A stretch of 20,000 bases of DNA, taken from the IMG/VR virus record IMGVR_UViG_3300036832_001426; one strand, 5' to 3'. Below are positions 15,720 to 20,000 of this stretch, piece after piece. Under the pieces are notes generated by a model. That model saw only the letters and a program-made list of their open reading frames with translations, was not told the origin of the DNA and made no database searches. How positions within the stretch are numbered: position 1 is the stretch's first letter; each line of letters starts with the position of its first letter. Position numbers and translations under genes: made by a program. The DNA is from an uncultured virus (IMG/VR IMGVR_UViG_3300036832_001426). Taxonomy: Duplodnaviria > Heunggongvirae > Uroviricota > Caudoviricetes.

Positions 15720-16381
15720 TCGATCTCCGCTGCGGACGCGTCGAGCTGCGCGGCCAGCGCCTGCATGTAGTCGCGCTGGCGCTCCCAGTAGCGCGTGAAC
15801 TCCGCCGGGATGACCTCGGGGTGATCGCGCAGCATGTTCACCGCACGCTGGGCGAGAACCTTGACCAGCTCGGGATCGTGCGGCGTGATCATGGCCTTGA
15901 GGTTGGTGGTCGCCAGATTGTGCCATGGCTCGCCCTCGCGGTAGAGGATGTCGTCGGGCAGGTAGCCTGCCGACTTCCACACCGTCCACTCAATCGAAAC
16001 CAGATCGAGATCGAGATCAAAGCTGTAAGTGAAGTCGGAGCGGTTCAGCACCGACCCGGCCAGATGATGCTGCGCCTCGAAGCACACGGTGTGGGTCGCG
16101 TCCTTGCCGACTTCCTCGTCGATGCCGCCGGAGCCGCAGCGGACCCCGCCAAACAGCGGCACGAAGTTCGAACTGGTCACCTTGCCCGCGAACGTCGCAT
16201 AGAAGCTGGGATAGCCGCCATCGCCGTGCAGCGTGAAGCGCAATTCCACGACCTGCGGCTGGCACTCGACGGTCTTGTGCCACGCCGCGCACTCGTAATG
16301 CTGGGTGAAGGATTTAGTGGTGCGCAGGGCCACCCGGCCCAGAATGTAACTGCCCTTGCCATTCGACTCGATGCGTTTCAT
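15716..16381 (-). CDS. Hypothetical protein
   Basis: AAGGAG RBS before ATG 16381; 221 aa. Confidence 0.7.
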   Translation of the reverse strand: MKRIESNGKGSYILGRVALRTTKSFTQHYECAAWHKTVECQPQVVELRFTLHGDGGYPSFYATFAGKVTSSNFVPLFGGVRCGSGGIDEEVGKDATHTVCFEAQHHLAGSVLNRSDFTYSFDLDLDLVSIEWTVWKSAGYLPDDILYREGEPWHNLATTNLKAMITPHDPELVKVLAQRAVNMLRDHPEVIPAEFTRYWERQRDYMQALAAQLDASAAEIE

Positions 16382-16454
16382 GTTTGCTGTGCTCCTTGGT
16401 TCGCTGAATGCGAACACTCAGAACCGCTGCACGCAGCGGGCCTGATGCCCGCGT

Positions 16455-17009
16455 TCAGCCGCAGATCCGGTTTTCCCAGTAGTCGATTACCTTGCGCACC
16501 TCGGTGCCGTCGCCCACATACTCTTCGAGATTCGTGGTGTTATCGCAGATCACATCCCAGCCGCTCTCGCCGTAGATCAGGCGAACCCAGCCGTGGTATT
16601 TGCCGTCGCGGAAGGGCTTGATGTAGTCCTCGTCGGTCAGGTGCAAGGCCTTGAAGATCGCCCGGGCATCGGTCGACTTCACAATCTCGAACTCGCCGTC
16701 CTCGCATCCACCGTTATCAATGGTGATCGAGAAACCCGCCGCCAGCAGCGCCCGCACCACCTTGTGGGAGATCGCCTTGTCCGCCCGCATAACCTCGGCA
16801 TGACGCTTCTTGCGGGCGATCTCCTCGGTGATCCAGTGCGCCGCGCTCGCCCACGCCTTAGCCGCATCCACCACGCGATACTGCGCTGAAACTCGCGGCC
16901 CGGCAGCAGGCTCGGATACGATCCAGACCTCAACGCCATTGCCCTGCAATTCCGCCTGCGGATACTGCTCCTTCACGATCTCGACATCGGTCTTGAGTTG
17001 CTTTGCCAT
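16455..17009 (-). CDS. Phage early hypothetical protein
   Basis: First gene after a strong promoter; VRALLAAGFSITIDNG...STDARAI...TDEDYI...GWVRLIYGESGWDVICD pattern recalled from phage early genes. Confidence 0.75.
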   Translation of the reverse strand: MAKQLKTDVEIVKEQYPQAELQGNGVEVWIVSEPAAGPRVSAQYRVVDAAKAWASAAHWITEEIARKKRHAEVMRADKAISHKVVRALLAAGFSITIDNGGCEDGEFEIVKSTDARAIFKALHLTDEDYIKPFRDGKYHGWVRLIYGESGWDVICDNTTNLEEYVGDGTEVRKVIDYWENRICG

Positions 17010-17045
17010 GGTGAACGCTCCTTGGGGGCATTGCCCCTACCCCAT

Positions 17046-17074
17046 GTTATAGACGAAGCCGTCTATTGTGTCAA
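17046..17074 (-). promoter_or_regulatory. Near-consensus sigma70 promoter with embedded palindromic operator
   Basis: TTGACA (17074-17069), 17-bp spacer, TATAAC (17051-17046); ATAGACG-aagc-CGTCTAT palindrome at 17049-17066. Confidence 0.8.
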
Positions 17075-17100
17075 GGACGAAACGAGGCATGACAACTTAA

Positions 17101-17130
17101 TGGACGAATCCCGGGGTGAGGGGATATAGT
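17101..17130 (+). promoter_or_regulatory. Divergent promoter candidate for the beta-helix gene
   Basis: TGGACG, 18-bp spacer, TATAGT; a GGAGGG RBS follows. Confidence 0.45.
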
Positions 17131-17155
17131 CCTCAGGCAACGGAGGGTATAGACC

Positions 17156-19288
17156 ATGACCATGCGAACGCTAGTTCTCGGAGTGTTTTTGCTGGGGATC
17201 ACCAGCGCACAGGCGCAGCAGCAGCGCGAAGAACCGCAGCCCCAAGATTGGGGTTCGCCCACGCTGGATGCGGTGCTCGCCCCGCCCGAAGTTTCAGTGA
17301 GCGCTGCGCCCACCAGCGGAGCTGCGCCGCTCCTCGTTAACCTCGCAGTCCAGTGCGACACCTGCGCCAGCTATCGCTGGGACTGGGGCGATCCCGGCAA
17401 CAAGTATCAGGTCGCGGGGGCGAATCAGTGGCACACCTACAATTCACCGGGCAGCTTCACCGCCACCGTCACCGGAACCGACCAGCAGGGCCAGACCGCG
17501 ACCGCTTCCATCGTGGTGAATGTCATGTCGCTGGTCCCGCTGGGCGAGAACGATTACTGCGCCAAGGGCGATGTGTGGATTGGACCGAAGCTGGATCGCG
17601 CCGCGCATCTGCCCGTGGCCTGCATCTACACCGGGCTCGACGGCTCACCCTCGACGGGAAATAAAATCATTGTCAGCGAGGCCACCATCACCGCGCTGAA
17701 TCTGGCTGCGTCGGCGGCGACCTGTGGCGACACAATTCTCATTCCGGCGAGCTTCGAGGCGCAGATCTCGACGTGGACCCTGCCTGCCCGCCCCTGCGAT
17801 GCGGACAGCTGGATCACCATTCGCACCGCCGCCGAGGACAGCGAATTGCCCCCGGAGCATACGCGCCTCACGCCGTGCTATGCGGGCCTCGCCTCATTGC
17901 CTGAGCGTCCCGCGTATCCTTGCCCGAACGTCAAGCGCGTGATTCCCAAGCTCTATGCCAAAGGCTCCGCCGATGTGATCTCGTTCGCGGCAGGGGCGAA
18001 TCACTACCGCTTCATCGGGCTTGAGATCGCCCGCACCCCGGGCACGGGCATCAACTACGGGCTGATCGAGACCACGGGCGCAGACCACATCATCTTCGAC
18101 CGCATGTGGATTCACGGCTCCGACTATCCCGAGGACTCGAAGAACGGCGTCTTTCTCGCGGACTCGACCAACATCGCGATTGTCAATTCCTACATGACCG
18201 AGTTCAAGTGTGGCCCCACAGCCTGCGTCGACGGCCATGCCGTGTCGGGTGCGGATGGCGTGCTGGAGATCGAGGGCGTGTGGAAGTTCTATAACAATTT
18301 CGTCGAAGCCTCGACCGAGAACATGCTGTTTGGGGGCTCGACCAAGGGCGTTGCCACGCCCACCGATTTGGAGGTGCGGCTGAATCACTTCTTCAAGCGC
18401 CCTTCGTGGAATCCCAAGCACCCCGACTTCGTGCCTCCCACGACGCGCTCGAAAGGCTACATCGTCAAAAATCTTTTCGAGCTGAAGAACGCCCAGCGCG
18501 TACTGTTCGAGGGCAATTACGGCGAGTACAGCTGGGGTGGCTTCTCGCAGACGGGCTGGTCGATGGTGCTCACCTCTCGCGGATCATGGGCAGCGGTCGC
18601 GGATGTGACCATCCGCTTCAACAAGTTCTCTCATGTGGGCTCGGGCTTCCAGCTGATCGCCGCGCTGACGCCGCAGCCCCGGGCTGATTCGAAAGAAGCG
18701 GCGCGCTGGAGCCTGCACGACAACGTGATCGACGACATGGATGCCGACTTCTATCTCGGCAGCGGGCAGGCCTTCTCGATGATCTCCGAGTACACTGCAC
18801 GCCCGCCGCTCAACAACGTCACCATCAGCCACAACACGTTTTTCAATTACACGCCGCAGCCGGGGAACATGTTCAACCTCGGGGTCGAGGCCGCGAATCC
18901 GCAGAAGCCATTCCAGATTCAGGTGACCGACAACATCATGCGGGCCGCGAAGTATTCGGTGTGGTCGACAGGCAAGGGCACCTGCGTGGTCTCGGGCAAA
19001 CCGTGGACAACCTTCACCCAGTGCTACGACACGTTCCACATCGCGAACAACGTGCTCGCCGGGTACGCGGATCCGAAGGGCCCAAGTCAGGGATTTTTCC
19101 CCGGCAACTATCAGACCACCGACCCCATGGGCTCGATGGACTCGATCCAGTTTGTAAACTGGAACAACGGCAAGGATGGCGACTACCATTTGCAGCCCAC
19201 TTCGCCCTATCACAACATGGCCAGCGATGGCACCGACCTCGGGGCCAACATCGATGCCGTCAATCAGGCGGTGAAGCTGGCCTACTGA
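17156..19288 (+). CDS. Secreted PKD-domain + right-handed beta-helix (pectin lyase-like) protein
   Basis: Signal peptide; PKD motif SGAAPLLV...YRWDWGD...HTYNSPGSFTATVT; beta-helix repeats (IIFDRMWIHG, NIAIVNSY, FELKNAQRVLFEGN, NVTISHNT); C-terminal GDYHLQPTSPY...DLGANI. Confidence 0.85.
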   Translation: MTMRTLVLGVFLLGITSAQAQQQREEPQPQDWGSPTLDAVLAPPEVSVSAAPTSGAAPLLVNLAVQCDTCASYRWDWGDPGNKYQVAGANQWHTYNSPGSFTATVTGTDQQGQTATASIVVNVMSLVPLGENDYCAKGDVWIGPKLDRAAHLPVACIYTGLDGSPSTGNKIIVSEATITALNLAASAATCGDTILIPASFEAQISTWTLPARPCDADSWITIRTAAEDSELPPEHTRLTPCYAGLASLPERPAYPCPNVKRVIPKLYAKGSADVISFAAGANHYRFIGLEIARTPGTGINYGLIETTGADHIIFDRMWIHGSDYPEDSKNGVFLADSTNIAIVNSYMTEFKCGPTACVDGHAVSGADGVLEIEGVWKFYNNFVEASTENMLFGGSTKGVATPTDLEVRLNHFFKRPSWNPKHPDFVPPTTRSKGYIVKNLFELKNAQRVLFEGNYGEYSWGGFSQTGWSMVLTSRGSWAAVADVTIRFNKFSHVGSGFQLIAALTPQPRADSKEAARWSLHDNVIDDMDADFYLGSGQAFSMISEYTARPPLNNVTISHNTFFNYTPQPGNMFNLGVEAANPQKPFQIQVTDNIMRAAKYSVWSTGKGTCVVSGKPWTTFTQCYDTFHIANNVLAGYADPKGPSQGFFPGNYQTTDPMGSMDSIQFVNWNNGKDGDYHLQPTSPYHNMASDGTDLGANIDAVNQAVKLAY

Positions 19289-19296
19289 GGATTCGA

Positions 19297-19455
19297 ATGG
19301 AACACTCCGAACGCTCGCTGCTGCTCGATGCGATTGTGCTGTACGAAAAGCTCAAGAGCGAGGGCGGTCTGCTGGACGCTGAGGTCGACAACTGGGAGCG
19401 CTGGAAGCGCCTCGCCCTCGGCGTTCTGTATCCAGACGTGAAAAAGCCCCAGTGA
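19297..19455 (+). CDS. Small hypothetical protein (52 aa)
   Basis: GAGG RBS before ATG 19297; MEHSERSLLLDAIVLYEKL... Confidence 0.55.
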   Translation: MEHSERSLLLDAIVLYEKLKSEGGLLDAEVDNWERWKRLALGVLYPDVKKPQ

Positions 19456-19482
19456 ATCACTTATAAGTGATTCGCCGGGGCT
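19441..19482 (-). terminator. Long hairpin/terminator between convergent genes
   Basis: AGCCCC...GAATCACTTATAAGTGATTC...GGGGCT inverted repeat; a T5 tract follows on the minus strand. Confidence 0.7.
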
Positions 19483-19501
19483 GGGAGTGGAGAAGCTTTA
19501 G

Positions 19502-19753
19502 CTATTGGCGGTCGATGGCGTCGCGCAGCGCGTCGATCTCTTTCGCGACGTCATCCAGCTTGCGGAAGCGGGCCGAGTGCTCATCCTGCGCCTCGTAGAT
19601 CACGTTGAAGCCCTGCGGGTAGTAATCGCGGCCATTGGGGGCGCAGGCTGCGAGCTTTGCCTCCGCGTCGAGGATCGCGTGGTAGGCCTCGCTCAGGGCG
19701 TCCATGAGATCCGACTTCGCAGTGCCGTTGAGGTGGACCGTGGGAATTTTCAT
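19502..19753 (-). CDS. Conserved phage hypothetical protein
   Basis: MKIPTVHLNGT...APNGRDYYPQG motif; ATGA overlap. Confidence 0.75.
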   Translation of the reverse strand: MKIPTVHLNGTAKSDLMDALSEAYHAILDAEAKLAACAPNGRDYYPQGFNVIYEAQDEHSARFRKLDDVAKEIDALRDAIDRQ

Positions 19754-19932
19754 CGGGTCGCCTCGTTTCCCAGCGCGGCGTATTCGCGGTCCACGATGAC
19801 CCGGCGCTCGCGCAGGATCAGGAAGGTTTCGTTGTAGTCGCGGCGGCGTTCGTCGGTCCTCTGCCGATAGGCCATCGAATCGCAGTACAGCTGCGCCCGG
19901 TACAGCAGGGAGCTGGCTTCGAGTCGGGTCAT
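19750..19932 (-). CDS. Hypothetical protein
   Basis: 60 aa; 4-nt overlaps on both sides. Confidence 0.55.
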   Translation of the reverse strand: MTRLEASSLLYRAQLYCDSMAYRQRTDERRRDYNETFLILRERRVIVDREYAALGNEATR

Positions 19933-20000
19933 CGCTGCGCCGCCTTCTGCTTGTCGGCGAGGATGCCCATGATGACGCGGATCGCGCCCATCGAGTCATG
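19929..20000 (-). CDS. 3' end of a gene entering from the right edge
   Basis: ...HDSMGAIRVIMGILADKQKAAQR-stop, overlapping the next ATG. Confidence 0.5.
   Translation of the reverse strand, partial: HDSMGAIRVIMGILADKQKAAQR

Larger units (their letters stand above)
1..20000. mobile_element. Temperate phage / integrative element: integration and early modules
   Basis: int, xis-like gene, att-like repeats, tRNA, YqaJ-like exonuclease, HNH-like nuclease, XRE regulator and dense small co-oriented ORFs; no host housekeeping genes seen. Confidence 0.9.

Noticed and set aside
2279..16889. Numerous + strand ORFs in the track (e.g. 3164-3868, 6295-7065, 8559-9398, 9175-9927, 15692-16621)
   Set aside because: They are antisense to well-supported, translationally coupled minus-strand genes and lack motifs.
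17156..19288. Tail spike depolymerase
   Set aside because: It has a signal peptide and a PKD domain, no virion-attachment domain was recognised, and no structural genes are nearby.
19445..19482. Protelomerase (telRL) site
   Set aside because: No protelomerase in the window, the element has an integrase, and the position between convergent genes with a T tract fits a terminator.

Overview
The whole window looks like part of a temperate phage or integrative element of roughly 60% GC. The integrase N-terminus and the secreted glycanases resemble, from memory, proteins of Acidobacteriota, so that host is an inference. At the left are a phage-type ORF fragment, a probable ~85-nt small RNA with its own promoter and terminator, a complete tRNA-Phe(GAA), an AT-rich att-like region with paired direct repeats, a tyrosine integrase and a convergent excisionase-like gene. 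A long, tightly coupled minus-strand early/recombination region follows (2255-17009). It encodes an HNH-like nuclease, a DUF1064-like nuclease, an XRE regulator, a putative annealase, a YqaJ/Cas4-like exonuclease, a GNAT-like and a transglutaminase-like protein, and many small Zn-finger or membrane ORFs. The window also carries five glycan-related genes: a secreted clan GH-A hydrolase, a GH71/GH99-like hydrolase, a SAM methyltransferase, a glycosyltransferase and a divergently transcribed secreted PKD + beta-helix protein. The most striking non-coding signal is the small RNA, whose anti-Shine-Dalgarno segment is complementary to the extended RBS of the integrase and of four early genes. No structural phage genes or CRISPR arrays were seen. 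All family calls come from motif recognition; no searches were run.
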